The translations under genes and the position numbers were made by a program. A stretch of DNA of 64,000 nucleotides from Alphaproteobacteria bacterium. GTDB taxonomy: Bacteria > Pseudomonadota > Alphaproteobacteria > MPNO01 > UBA830. The stretch covers positions 1,184,001 through 1,248,000 of the forward strand of contig OZ219791.1 in assembly GCA_964291215.2 (NCBI GenBank). Direction: 5' to 3'. The notes under the pieces are model-generated. The model was not told the DNA's origin and made no database searches. It saw only the letters and a program-made list of their open reading frames with translations. Of this stretch, positions 41,680 to 53,986 are shown one piece after another. Numbering within the stretch: position 1 is the stretch's first letter; each line of letters starts with the position of its first letter.

Positions 41680-42093
41680 GGTAAGGACCGCGGACCTGAC
41701 GCGCGCAAGAAATTCGGCCCGGACGATCTCGACCGCCGCGCCGGCAGCGTGACGGTACGCATCTCGAACCGCGTCTATGCGGTATCGACAGCGTTCTTCT
41801 GCGGCATGTTCGGCGACCGCTACGAGACCCTCGGGCGCGACGGCCTGGTCGACAAATACAGATTCGACATGCCCGACGAGCTGTGGCCGCAGATCAGGCC
41901 GCCCGCCAGGAGCGGTGCGCCTGCCGGTTCGAGCCGCTCATGACGACAGCTGGCTGAGACGGCCGGACACGCAGTTTCCGCCCGAACCGCCTTCCACGAG
42001 ATCCTCGACTGCCACGCATTTTGGAAGCGCGCCACCCACGCCATCGCTTGAACGCGCCCGACCGCACCGCTATCGTATCTTCGCGGTGCGCTG
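41680..42093 (+). pseudogene. Fragment of an unidentified protein gene
   Basis: Host-like codon usage across frameshifts (FFCGMFGDRYETLGRDGLVDKYRFDMPDELW...FHEILDCHAFWKRAH); 5' end lost at an IS boundary. Confidence 0.35.
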
Positions 42094-42244
42094 AGGGAGG
42101 CAGAAAAAAGGATGGCGCCGCGCCGTTCTGGAGCGACCGCTTCGGGCGGGAAGTTGCACTCCATTCCGCAGACGCCCCTTCCAGAGCCCGACTGTTTGTG
42201 GCCTCCTCTTCCGGAAGCCACCACGCGGGAAGCAGGGACAGCAG

Positions 42245-43207
<963 letters not shown>

Positions 43208-43241
43208 CGTGCCGAAGCGGTCGCGAAGAAAAGCCTGGCTG

Positions 43242-44225
43242 ATGGCGCTCCTCGAGATCCGGGATCTCCGGACCTACTTCCCGATCAGGTCGCCACTGCT
43301 GTCGCGGCACCTCGGCGATGTGCGGGCGGTCGACGGCGTGACGCTGGACATCGAGGACGGCGAGACGCTCGGCCTCGTCGGCGAGTCGGGCTGCGGCAAG
43401 TCGACGCTTGGCCGCAGCATCCTGCGGCTGATCGAGCCGACCGGCGGCAGCATCAGGTTCGAGGGGCGCGATCTGCTGACCCTCGACTACGCCGAGATGC
43501 GCGACATGCGCCGCCGCATGCAGATCATTTTCCAAGACCCCTACGCGTCGCTCAATCCGCGCATGCGCGTCGGTGAGATCATCGGCGAGGGGCTGAAGAT
43601 CCACGGGCTGGTGTCCGGGCAGGAACGGCGCGGCGTGGTGATGCGCATCCTCAACCGCGTTGGGCTCCGCAAGGACCACTATGACCGCTACCCGCACGAG
43701 TTCAGCGGCGGCCAGCGCCAGCGCATCGGCATCGCCCGCGCGCTCGTCTTCCAGCCGCGCATGATCATCGCCGACGAGCCCGTATCCGCGCTCGACGTCT
43801 CCATCCAGGCCCAGATCCTCAATCTGCTCGACGAGCTGCAGGGCGAGTTCAAGCTCACCTACATCTTCATCTCGCACGATCTCCGCGTCGTCGAGCATGT
43901 CAGCCACCGCGTCGCGATCATGTATCTCGGCAAGATCGTAGAGGTCGGCGGCAGCGAGGACATCTACGCCGACTCTCGTCATCCCTACACCAAGGCGCTG
44001 CTGTCGGCGATTCCGATGCCCGACCCCGACGCGAAGAACCGGCGTGACCGGGTGCTGCTGCAGGGCGACGTGCCGAGCCCCGCCAACCCGCCCGCCGGCT
44101 GCAGCTTTCATCCGCGGTGCCCGTTCGCCGAGAAGGCTTGCGCCGAGACCGAGCCGCCGCTGGAGAGAATGGACGACGGCAGGCTGATCGCCTGCCACGT
44201 GTTCGGACAGCAGGGAAACGCATAG
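43242..44225 (+). CDS. Peptide/oligopeptide ABC transporter ATP-binding protein (DppF/OppF-like)
   Basis: Motifs [44 protein letters not shown]. Confidence 0.94.
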   Translation: MALLEIRDLRTYFPIRSPLLSRHLGDVRAVDGVTLDIEDGETLGLVGESGCGKSTLGRSILRLIEPTGGSIRFEGRDLLTLDYAEMRDMRRRMQIIFQDPYASLNPRMRVGEIIGEGLKIHGLVSGQERRGVVMRILNRVGLRKDHYDRYPHEFSGGQRQRIGIARALVFQPRMIIADEPVSALDVSIQAQILNLLDELQGEFKLTYIFISHDLRVVEHVSHRVAIMYLGKIVEVGGSEDIYADSRHPYTKALLSAIPMPDPDAKNRRDRVLLQGDVPSPANPPAGCSFHPRCPFAEKACAETEPPLERMDDGRLIACHVFGQQGNA

Positions 44226-44264
44226 ACAGCGAAAGCGGCCGCCACGCCGCGGGGAGAAAGCACA

Positions 44265-44438
44265 ATGCCGATGAACGACCCGAAATGGACCACGGTCGGC
44301 GCCATTGACACGCGCTACTTCGAGGCCGGCGAGGGCGAGACCGTCATCCTCTTCTACGGCGGCAATTTCGGATCGAAGGACGGCTCGAACTGCGCGCTCG
44401 CCTGGGACCGTAACTTCGACGGCCTCGCGGCGCACTAG
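44265..44438 (+). pseudogene. Alpha/beta hydrolase N-terminus truncated by IS630
   Basis: RBS GGAG; reads MPMNDPKWTTVGAIDTRYFEAGEGETVILFYGG...WDRNFDGLAAH, then the IS end. The rest is not seen in the window. Confidence 0.75.
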
Positions 44439-45511
44439 TGTCTTGTCATTCATAAAATGTCGTATAAAGACGTTTGGGTTTCACGCGGGCATCGTCGGTG
44501 GTGAACTGCCAATCCACCTTGGCCTGAATGCGGTCGCCTGCCAAGCGGCAACTTCCCGGCGTAGCACCTCGATGCAGTCGATGCGGCGGTTCAGGCACTG
44601 GCGGATCATGACGTTGAGTTCGACCACGTTCAGCCAACTGCCATGTTCGGCGGGTAGGCCTCGTAGAGGGCGCCGGGGAGTGTTGAGATTGTCCATCATC
44701 AGGGTGATGGTGGTGGCATCCTGGTAGCGCCCGGCGATGTCGGCCAGAAACTGCGCCCAGTCGATCATGCGCTCGGTTACCTTGGTCATGCGCTTGCCGG
44801 CTAGGGGTTCCGTGAAGACGTTGCAGGTACCGCAACGTCGATACTCGTAGTCGTTACGCGCTGGCTGTCCCGGCGCCATGGCGATCGGTTGCCGTGTCTC
44901 GCCGGTCGAGGCGTTTCGTCCATGCAGACTACGGGGAAAGCGGCGGGGCGGCGATAGACATCAAGCACCTTCGCCGCGGCGAAGTCGGCGTTCCCTTGAG
45001 GAGGAATTACCCACCCGCTGCCATGGCTTGAGGCAGTTTTTTTTAGAACACGCCGCACCGTCTCGTGTGATATGGCGTAACCAAGCTCGACAACGCGGTC
45101 GGCCAGCAGCCGCAACGACCATTGCGCGTAACCCTCAGGCGGTTCACCACAACTCAGGGCCACGCGCCTCGAAGACGCCGTCGGCTTTTCGCATGTAGGT
45201 AGGACGGCGCCGGCCACCCAATGCCGCCTCCAACCCCTCGAAACGCTTTTTCACCCGGTCTACTTTGCGCATGCTGATGCGCAGAATCTCGGCAATGACC
45301 TTCCCGGTCATCTGGCATTCATTGAACACGCCCTCGTCGCAGTTAAGCAGGGCGTTGATTACCTTTTGCGACAGGTGCGAGCCCTTGATCTCCGAAAGTT
45401 CTGCCCGTTCGTCCAGGGTCACCACGTAGCGTTTCATGCTCCGACCTCCATCCCGAATGGACGGACAGTCTAACACTAAATATACGGCATATCATTGCTG
45501 ACATAACACTA
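44436..45511 (-). mobile_element. IS630-family element, copy 1 (degraded)
   Basis: TA-GTGTCTTGTCA...TGACATAACAC-TA; fragments WSLRLLADR, LKKT frameshift site, CMDETP, DNLNT, HGSWLN. Confidence 0.92.
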
Positions 45512-46019
45512 GATTACGCAACCTGATGTCTGGAAATTGTCGTGAAGCTGATCGAGCTGTTCCCATTTGATCTTGGTTTCGGTTTCCCATTTTTCGTCGA
45601 TGAGGACCGCGGTTGAGAGGCGCTCCAACGAGGCGAGGTTCGGAAAGACCCTGACTTTGGAGGTGCGCCGCTTGAGCTCTTGCTGGATCGGCCGCTCGAT
45701 GCCGTTCGAGGTTCGCATACGCTTGCGGTGAGCATCGGGCAAGGTGAAGACAGCGAGCCCCGCATTGTTTTCCAGCCAGGAAGCCTGGATGCTTGTCGCT
45801 GGCCACGAGGGCGGCCAGTTCAGCCTCGGCGGTTTGGAGTGAGGACGCATGGCTCCGAGCTGTTTTCCAATACGTTTCCTGATGTCGTTGTTCGGTGCAC
45901 GGCGTTTTGTGCCAGGTGGAACTGGCAGCGCTGCCATGTCGCCGTGCCCAGCACCGCGCGTCGTGCCGCTTTCAGCCCGGCATCCGAGACGATGAAGATC
46001 GTACCATGCAGGGCTAGCA

Positions 46020-48233
46020 CTGCCATGTCATGATAAATTAGGTCTGGACGTGCCGCTAGGTCTGCGCTAGCTTGCTGCCATTATGGCACGATCCAGCATT
46101 CTTCACACTCTGCGCGAGGATGGGGCGCGGGTTGCTGCCATCCTGTCGCAGGAGCAGCACTCTGGCCGTCGGGCTGCGAGCCGTATGCGAGGAGTTTTCG
46201 TTCCGGGACGCGTCCGGGCGTTGGCAGCTGTCGAGTTGTCTGAAGGCCCTGACCACGTTGGCATCGTCGGATCCGGCTTCCGGCGCCGCAGGCTGCTGCC
46301 AACTCTCCGCGTCTTCTTGAAGGAGAGGTGCCGGTCGGGGTGCCCTGTCCGGGATAGCGCAGGTGCGGTTGTCGGTGGTGACCGAGGTTTCGGAGCGAAC
46401 GGTGTGGAACACGGCGCGCGAGCATCCTCATGGCATGACGACGTTTGCCGGCTGTCAGGTGCGCTATCTTGTGACCTCGGAGCACGGGATCCTGGGTGCG
46501 GCCGGGATCTCGGCGGCAGCGTTGACGGGCCCGCGACCGCTGGATGGCGCCGTCCCAGCGGCGGGATCATCGGGTGGTCTGTCTGAGTCGGTTTCTGCTT
46601 CGGGTGCGGTGCCGGGAGCCATGTTCCGGGGCGGCTTCTCCGGCGTCTGCCGAGGGATTTCGAGGCCCGGTATGGATTCCGTCCCCTGGTGGTGGAAACC
46701 TATGCGGACGAGGGCCGGGACCTGCCTGTGGGCTGCGAACTTCGTGTGTGCGGGGCGGACGAAGGGTCGGGGACGTCAGGATCGTCACCATCGCGCTGCC
46801 AAGACCGTCAATGGATGCGCGCTCTTGATCGGCGACGCAAGCTGGGGGTGGATCCGGTCGACCCTGCGGGATCGCTGGGACCCGGAGACGGTCTGGATGC
46901 TGCTGTGTGGGCGGCGAACGAATTCGGAGGGGCTCCCTTGGGTGACAAGCGACTGTCGGCACGCCTGGTGAGGAGTGCGGCTCTTCTGGCGTCCTGTCCG
47001 GGATCCACGCGAGCACGGATGCCGACAACACGGCGATCAGTGCTTTCTACCGCCTGATCGAGAAGCCGGTGGAGAGTGCGGTGGCGAACATTCTTGCTCC
47101 GCATCGGGAGCGCACGATCCGGCGCATCCGGGGCCAAACGACCGTGCTGGCGATCCAGCGACCTCAATTTCTCCCGGCGGCCGGGATGCGAAGGTCTCCA
47201 GGTCATCGGCAAGAACCAGACCTCCTCGTCGGCCCGGGGTCTGCATGCGACGCTGGCGGAGACGGGGTTGCCGCTCGGGGTTCTGCGTCTGGGGTTCGAT
47301 GCGGTGAAGCAGCGCTCCCCGGCGGCCGAGGAGCGGTTGAAGAGCCGGCGCGGAAGGCTTCAAGGACATCGACGAAGCGGTCCGCGACGTCGGGAACAAG
47401 ACGCGCGTGATCTCGGTCTGTGATCGGGAAGCGGACTTCTTCGAGCTGTCATCAACGTCTCAACCCACGGGTCGGGCTTCTGCCGACATGACCGGGTTCT
47501 CGGCAAGGGGCGCGCAAAGCTGTTTGCAACCTTGGGCGCAGGCCCGGCGGCATCACCGTCGAGATCGACGGTCTGAGCGAACGTCCGAAGGCGAGCCGAA
47601 CGAGGGCGCCCGACGCAAACGCGTGGCTCAGTGCGCACTGCGGTTCCGCCGCGTGACCTTGCCCTCCACCCTCGAAGGCCGCTCGCCCTTTCCGGTGTCC
47701 ACATCATCGAAACCGATCCTCCCGAGAACCCGGTGCAGTGGTTCCTGCTCACCACGCTCAAGGTGCGCAGCGTCGAGGACGCCGCCAAGATGGTTCTACC
47801 TCCAAAGGTGGAAGGTCGAAGACTTCTTCCGCGTCCTCAAGTCAGGCTGTCGCACCGAGTTCCTGCTGTTCCGGACCGCAGAACGACTGCAGCGAGCCAT
47901 CGCCATCAACGCAGTCATCGCGCATCATGGTCATGACCCTGCGGCAGGTTCCGGACTGTGAGCCCGAGCTGATGTTCACCGATCAGGAGCTGAGCTTCCT
48001 GCGCGACTACGCGGCCGAGAAGCGCATGACGCCCGCCTCGGGGATGCCGTCCGCCTGGTGGCCCATCTCGGCGGGTACCAGGATCGTAACCCGAGCCTGG
48101 ACACCAGATCATGTGGCACGGCGCGACCCAGCGCCGTTCTTGGCCATCAAGTCGGCTTCCGGGCCGGACAGCGACAGGCCTTGCAACACATTCAGACCCT
48201 CGACGTCACGTCGTAATTATCATTACTCGGCAG
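46020..48233 (+). mobile_element. IS4-family (IS50/Tn5-like) element with N-terminal DUF4338/DruA-like domain (degraded)
   Basis: IRs CTGCCATGTCATGATAAATTA and TAATTATCATTACTCGGCAG; TSD GGCTAGCA; QVRYLV, LSRFLL, AANF..GRTKGRGRQD; then LGDKRLSARL, CDREADFFEL, WFLLTT, YLQRWKVEDFFRVLKSGC. Confidence 0.88.
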
Positions 48234-48842
48234 GGCTAGCAAGCTTTCCAGGAAGGCTCTCCAATGGACCTCGGCCTCGGAGAGCGCCACAGAGAGCCCC
48301 AGAACGTGCCTGCAGCCCCTATTTCGATGGCCGAGAGCACTGCGACATCGCGCACAACGCCGTCATGGCGGGCTTTTTCATAGCGCGCATCCAGGATCAG
48401 GTATTTCATCAGGGGCCGGTTGCGCGGTGAGTTCTTCATCGAGCAACCTGGTGGCCCGGCTGACCTGAGAAGAGGACAGGCTTCCGAACTCGCGCATTAC
48501 ATCCTGCCGTGTGGAAACACCCTTGATGTACATCTCGGCTACGGCGCGAGAAGATCGCTGGCCGCGTTCAAGCGACTGGGGATAGAACGGGTTGTCCCCG
48601 TGACCGGCCGTCTTTGGCACCTGAACGGTAACAGCGGGGGTGTCGATCCGCTTGTAGCCGTTGGCCCTGTCGCTCCGGCGTCCGGTGGCCCGCTTTCAAG
48701 TGCTGCTCGCGCTCGATTTGCATCGCAAGCTCGAAGAGCTGGCCAAAGACCCGCCCCAGATCCGTTGCTCCGTTTGCGATCAGATGTTCCAAAACAGTCC
48801 CGATCGTCGTAGTGTGTTGCAGGTCCATTCGCTTCCTCCATG

Positions 48843-50346
48843 GTAACTGCTCACCCCCTGGTTCCGGCTTGATGTCGGGGTAGAGCAACGAACGGGTTTT
48901 CGTGGAGATTTGACACTGCAGGCCGATTCGTTTAGTGGTGGTAATCGAGAACGACGGGGACCGCCAGTGGGCTACTTTGGATCGAAGGCGACGAGCGGGC
49001 TGTGCCAGCTGCTTCCGGGGCTCCGGCCCCCGCATGATCTGTATGTGAAAACGCATCTCGGAAGCGGCGCGCTGATGAAGCGCAAGGCCGGGTGATGGCG
49101 ACGGGCGGCGCGCGAGGAGTTCGAAGCGGCCAAGGCTCTGCGTGCGGCCGGCAAGGTGGCGGAAGAGGCCGTGATCCGCGTCCTCGTCATCCTGCTCGAC
49201 ATCCTCATCGTCGTCCTTCTGGAGAAGACCACGCACGAGCCGGAACTCCGGTCTGCCGCCGTCACAGACGGACAAGAGCGTGCCGGGAGCAACGGCCCGA
49301 AGCCGAACCGGCAGATGGGCGACAACCTGCGCAAGACCATCGTCGAGGAGACGGTCGCGGCCTGCGACGCCTGCGGCGCTGACATCGACGGCCCCGTCGA
49401 TCGGGAGCGCCGCACGACATCGTGTTCGAGGTCGTCGAGCGCCGCGCCGAGATCAAGGAATGCCCGAAGTGCAAGGGCCGGTTCCCCGACAACATCCCGT
49501 GCAGTACGGCATCGGCATTCAGGCCCTCGTCATCAACCTGCTGGTCGCCCAAATGCTGTCCCTGCGCCGTGCCGTCGCGTTCGTGCAGGCGATCTCCGGC
49601 ATCAAGCTCTCCGAGGCAACCTGCCTCAGCTATGCTTTCACGATGCGTCATGGGAGGAGGCTGCCGTGGCGCACCTCCTGCAACGCCCGATGTCGACGAT
49701 TTCGGATCAACAGTAAGTGGCTCCATGTCGTGGGACCCTGACGTGCAAGTTCCCGCACCGCAAGCGCGGGCAAGAGATCGGCCCGTGCTACAAGGGCGTC
49801 CTGGGCCTCGTACATGGGCCAGTGTAGCCACCAGCTGTGCGGCAGCCACCTGCTGCGCGAACTGACCTTTGTCGTCGAGGCTACCGCTGGGCGCGACTGA
49901 TGAAGAGCCTGCTCCGCGAAGTCTGCCACAAGGTCAACAAGAGCGCATCCAAGACCCTGAACGACGCCGGGCGCAAGCGCTACCGCACCATCAGGGCGCC
50001 AAGGAACTGCCCGATATCCCGACGAAAGGAAAACGTGGACGCAAGTCCGACGCGCACAACCTGCACGAACGTCTCGTGGAACACGAAAACCTGCGCTTCA
50101 CAGACGACCCCGATGTCAGCTTCACCAACAATGCCGGAGAACAGAAGATCAGGATGGCAAAGGTCAAGGTGTCCGGATGCTTCCGCTCCACGCAAAAGCA
50201 TGGTGCCGGGGCTCAAGCTACCTCACCTCCATGGCCGCACTCGGCTACAACCCACACGTCGCCACCCAGATCGCCCTCGACGGAAAAGCCGCAGACATCA
50301 TCAACGAGCACTATGAATCAGAACCCAACTAGGGGTGAGTAGATAC
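48843..50346 (+). mobile_element. IS66-methylase element, copy 2 (degraded)
   Basis: Same IRs as copy 1; 8-bp TSD CCTCCATG. Confidence 0.93.
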
Positions 50347-50413
50347 CCTCCATGAAGGTTTTACAACTCCATGGGATAGCACGATGGCGCCGCGTTTCAC
50401 TGGGGGGCTAGCC

Positions 50414-51320
50414 CTGCCGTGTAGACATAAATCTACCAAGCAATGGTTTTGGCGATGCCCGCCGCGCCTACCACGTTGGCGGGATTTTGGGCGCGGTCTG
50501 GCTGTTGTCGCCGGCTTGAGCGGCGAGCGCGGGTGCAGCGGCTCGGGTAGCAAAAGACCCACTGGACAACTCCGGCGCGAAGAGTCGCGGCATGGCACAG
50601 TCACAGATCCAGTCCACGCGCGGCGGAGCCCCGGGTTGCCGCGATTCTGGCGCGGGAGCGGTTTGGCAGCCGCCACGCGTTCGGCCGCCGTCTGTGCGAG
50701 GATTCAGGGACCGGCGGGGCCGTTTGCCGGTTGCCTGAAGGCTCTGGAGGCGCGCTCGGGAGCAATTGTCCTTCCACCGCCGCGGGCGGTGCGCCCGTCG
50801 CTTCTGGGGACGCCGATAGCGCCTGCGGAGGGAGTTCCGGACCGGCTTTCGGAGGTTTGAGATTGCGGCACGCGCGCCGGGTGTGGAACACGCTGATGGC
50901 ATCCGCGTGACGATGTTTGCCGGCTGCGCTATCTCGTTGGCTCCGAGCATGGTCTTTTGGGCGCCGCGGGGTTTTCTGCCGCTGTCGGCGCGCGACCGGG
51001 GGTGGGACGAAGCGCAGCGGCGGGACAATCTTGACCGGGTTCTGAGCCGTTTCCTGATCCGGCCGGGTGTTGCCAACCTTGCCAGCCATGTGCTGGGGCG
51101 TGTTCTGCGGCGTCTGCCGGGGGACTTCGAGGCGCGTTACGGTTTTCAGCCGTGGCTTGTCGAGACGTTTCTCGAGGATCAGGGAGCGTGCCTGCGCGCG
51201 GCGAACTTTGTGCGCATTGGCGCGACGGCGGGGCGCGGCCGTCAGGATCGCGAGAACCGCGGCCGGTGAATTCATGTACGCGCTGTGCCAGCGGCGGCGT
51301 CTGGGGGTTACAGCCCGGTG
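50414..51320 (+). mobile_element. Second, divergent DUF4338/DruA-like IS4 element, 3'-truncated
   Basis: Starts CTGCCGTGTAGACATAAATC after GGCTAGCC; LSRFLIRPGVANLASHVLG...DFEARYGFQPWLVETF...AANFVRIGATAGRGRQD. Confidence 0.75.
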
Positions 51321-51403
51321 GCAATGACGAGAGCGGGTATGCGCATGGGAACCCCTGTCCGTGAAAGGGAACCTCCGGCCGCCCGGAGGGCGCCGGAGGA
51401 AAG

Positions 51404-51434
51404 AAGGCCCCGGCCGCGCGAAGCGGCCGGGGCC
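51404..51434 (-). terminator. Hairpin downstream of the lipoprotein gene
   Basis: Stem GGCCCCGGCCGC/GCGGCCGGGGCC followed on the minus strand by TTCTTT. Confidence 0.65.
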
Positions 51435-51461
51435 CGGGAACGCGGATGTTCCGGGAGCAGG

Positions 51462-53201
51462 CTACTCTGCCGGCGCCTGTATCCTCGTCGAGAATGCGCC
51501 GGCAGCGCTCCCGTTCGGGAAATGGGTGTTGAAGGCGCCCATGTAGCCGGCCGGGCGCCCCACGCCGTCCTGGCTGAAGGGGTTACCCTGCCAACTGCCG
51601 GGCTTGTCGAAGGCGGTGCTGCCGCTGGAACCCGTGGCCAAGCCCTCGGCATCGAAGCTGACATGCTTTGTCTGCGCGAGCTTGACGCTCCACTTCTCGT
51701 CGACGGCATTCCCCTTGAAGTTGTCGATCTTTCCTTCTATTTTGGGATCATTCCCGAACTTGGCGTTGAGCGTCACATCCGCCGTGAACCGTGCGGTCTT
51801 CTGCCCCGTGTGCTCGCCGGCGGTGTAGAGCTTCAGCGCCGACAGGCCAAAGGCTTCGCCCTTGTAGGTGGCAGTGTTCGGGAGAGTGGTGCTCTTGCCG
51901 TAGTCTCCGCGATAGCGGGCAGGGCTGTTTGCCATGACACTGATCCCGGTGGTTTCGCCGGTTCCATACAGCCAGTACCCGTAGCGGACATAGGCATTCC
52001 ACGTCGTGTAGTGGGAGTTCCTCGGCGTAATCCAGTAGTAGCGATACGAGCCCGCGTAGCCATCGTCGAATTCGTCGGCCGCCTTGAAGAACAGCTTGCC
52101 GGTCAGCTTGCCGCCCGGGGCATTGCATGTGCCCTGGCAATACAGCGTCCCCTTGACCCCCTTGTAATACTGGTCCCCGGAGATGTCGGTGGGATACGCC
52201 GTCAGGCCCGTTCCGCTCGAGTTGGTGAGTGCGGACAGGGGCATCCCGGCAAGGGGCAGGACATCGACATCCATGTTGTCGGTGCCGAAGGCCTTCTTCA
52301 CGAGCATCCCATCCTTGGCGGCAATCTGCTCCCAGGTCATGACGCCGGCCGGGAGTTCGCCATCGTCATACTTGTGATAGAACATGGATCTCAGATCGGC
52401 GGTAGTCCCCCCGGTGGGGGTGGTGGCGATGACCTTCCTCGGCGGCATAGGGGCCCCGGAGAGGGTGTCTGTCGGCCTCCGATTGTACAGATTCATGCCG
52501 CCTTTGCCATCGTAACCGCCGGTGCGGGTCGAGCCGGAGCGAGCTGTGTCCCTAGGCGACAAGCTATTAAGCATCCGCCTCGCGGGCCTTGACGACGTAG
52601 CGTTGTCGAAGCCAGCGGTAGCGAGGGTTTCGCCAGCGCGGTCCTTGAGCTCCGCCTCGGTATCCATCCTTGAGAAATAGTCTCCGATCGTGCCGGCCCC
52701 GGTCAGGGTCTTCTCGATGGCCTTGATCTCCGCTTTCACTGTTTCGATCTGACCCGTGACCACCTTCTTCTGCGCCGCAAGGCCGGTCGTGCCGGCCGGC
52801 AGGGCGTTCAGGTCCGTCAGCGCCTTCTCGGCCGCCGTCAGCGCCGTCTTGGCGTCCGCCAGCGCCTTGTCGGCCGCCGCCTTCGCGGCCGCCACGAGCG
52901 CGGCGTTGGTCCGGACCACCGAGCTGTCGCCGCCTGTATAGTAGAGTTGCCGAGCGAATTGGGGCGGCTCGACCGCCTTCTTGACCGCGGCCAGCTGATC
53001 TTCCGCTGTCTTCCTGGCCGTCATCGCCGCCGTCTCGGCTGCCGCGGCGGCGTCGTAGGCCGCCTGCGCCTTCTGGGCGTCCGTCATCTCCATCTGCTGG
53101 TTGCCCATCGCGACCGGCTTCTTCGACCCGCCACCGCAGCCCGCGAGCGCCAGACCCGCAGCGGCCAGCGCCGCCAAGGTCACATATTTCATAATTCCCA
53201 T
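51462..53201 (-). CDS. Surface lipoprotein with coiled-coil linker and C-terminal TbpB-like beta-barrel
   Basis: Lipobox LAGC then GGGS; Ala/Lys-rich helix; C-terminal ATYKGEAFG, FTADVTLNAKFG, IEGKIDNF, GSWQG, AAGAF. Confidence 0.78.
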   Translation of the reverse strand: MGIMKYVTLAALAAAGLALAGCGGGSKKPVAMGNQQMEMTDAQKAQAAYDAAAAAETAAMTARKTAEDQLAAVKKAVEPPQFARQLYYTGGDSSVVRTNAALVAAAKAAADKALADAKTALTAAEKALTDLNALPAGTTGLAAQKKVVTGQIETVKAEIKAIEKTLTGAGTIGDYFSRMDTEAELKDRAGETLATAGFDNATSSRPARRMLNSLSPRDTARSGSTRTGGYDGKGGMNLYNRRPTDTLSGAPMPPRKVIATTPTGGTTADLRSMFYHKYDDGELPAGVMTWEQIAAKDGMLVKKAFGTDNMDVDVLPLAGMPLSALTNSSGTGLTAYPTDISGDQYYKGVKGTLYCQGTCNAPGGKLTGKLFFKAADEFDDGYAGSYRYYWITPRNSHYTTWNAYVRYGYWLYGTGETTGISVMANSPARYRGDYGKSTTLPNTATYKGEAFGLSALKLYTAGEHTGQKTARFTADVTLNAKFGNDPKIEGKIDNFKGNAVDEKWSVKLAQTKHVSFDAEGLATGSSGSTAFDKPGSWQGNPFSQDGVGRPAGYMGAFNTHFPNGSAAGAFSTRIQAPAE

Positions 53202-53215
53202 CGAACTTTTCTCCT

Positions 53216-53239
53216 CCCCCGTTCCATAGTGAAGTGGGG
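53216..53239 (+). mobile_element. 24-bp collapsed IS30 scar
   Basis: Left end CCCCCGTTCCATAGTGAAGTG fused to right end GAAGTGGGG; flanked on both sides by CCT. Confidence 0.85.
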
Positions 53240-53342
53240 CCTTAGGTTGTGGACGATTACGCAACCTGATGTCTGGAAATTGTCGTGAATCTCTCAGTCA
53301 TCGAGCTGTTCATTTGATGTATGCCTTGGTTTCGGTTTCCCA

Positions 53343-53400
53343 CCCCCGTTCCATAGTGAAGTGCAACACATGATGGGCTGTGACCATGTGTTTTTAGACG
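53343..53400 (+). mobile_element. IS30 left-end remnant
   Basis: Matches 34221-34278. Confidence 0.88.
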
Positions 53401-53967
53401 ATGGATGAGGAGGGCGGGTGTCAGAACCCGCCGGGGGGGGGGGGCTTGCCATGGAGTGGCTTCCGACGCAGCGCGGGCGTGAACCATCCCGCTCCATAGG
53501 CTTGAATGCCAGGGAACGAATGCTCGCCGAGGGCCGTGCGACCCCGGTTGTCTGAGGTGAAAGAGCTTCGGTCCTGAAGAACGGCACCCGACGGCGTGGC
53601 GTGAGCCGCCGTGTTCCCGTCGAAGCAGGTCAGGGAAGTGGTGCGCCTGCGTAGCCGGCTCCCTGACCGAGAGGTTCGCGCTCAGGCGACGGGATATCTT
53701 CCCAAGCTCATCCGCCGATACAGTCCAGCGTCCGAAATCGGGGGGGGGGGGGGGGGGGTACGAAGGTCGCGCGCGCGCGTGAGGCACTCACGTTGTAGCC
53801 GAACGACCACGGCAGTCCGCGCATCACAACATCCCCTGATGTCTCGGTCATGCCTTCAACCTCCCGTACAACAGGTTTGCGGCCACATGCGCCGACCACA
53901 ATCCTGCCATATCGCATGTACGTATAGCTCGCACAGCAGCCGAGTGCAACCCCGTCATGTGGGAACG

Positions 53968-53986
53968 CACGGCGATCCCACGCTAG
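53968..53986 (+). repeat. Terminal stub of the ~190-bp palindromic repeat (copy 5)
   Basis: CACGGCGATCCCACGCT is identical to the start of copy 1, then an IS630-like end follows. Confidence 0.65.

Larger units (their letters stand above)
45512..50413 (-). mobile_element. IS256-family element, copy 2, split by nested IS4 and IS66 insertions
   Basis: Segments 45512-46019, 48234-48842 and 50347-50413 rejoin collinear with 30523-31660. Confidence 0.9.

Noticed and set aside
46020-51320. Druantia defence system
   Set aside because: Only DruA-like fragments inside IS boundaries; no DruE helicase or other dru genes.
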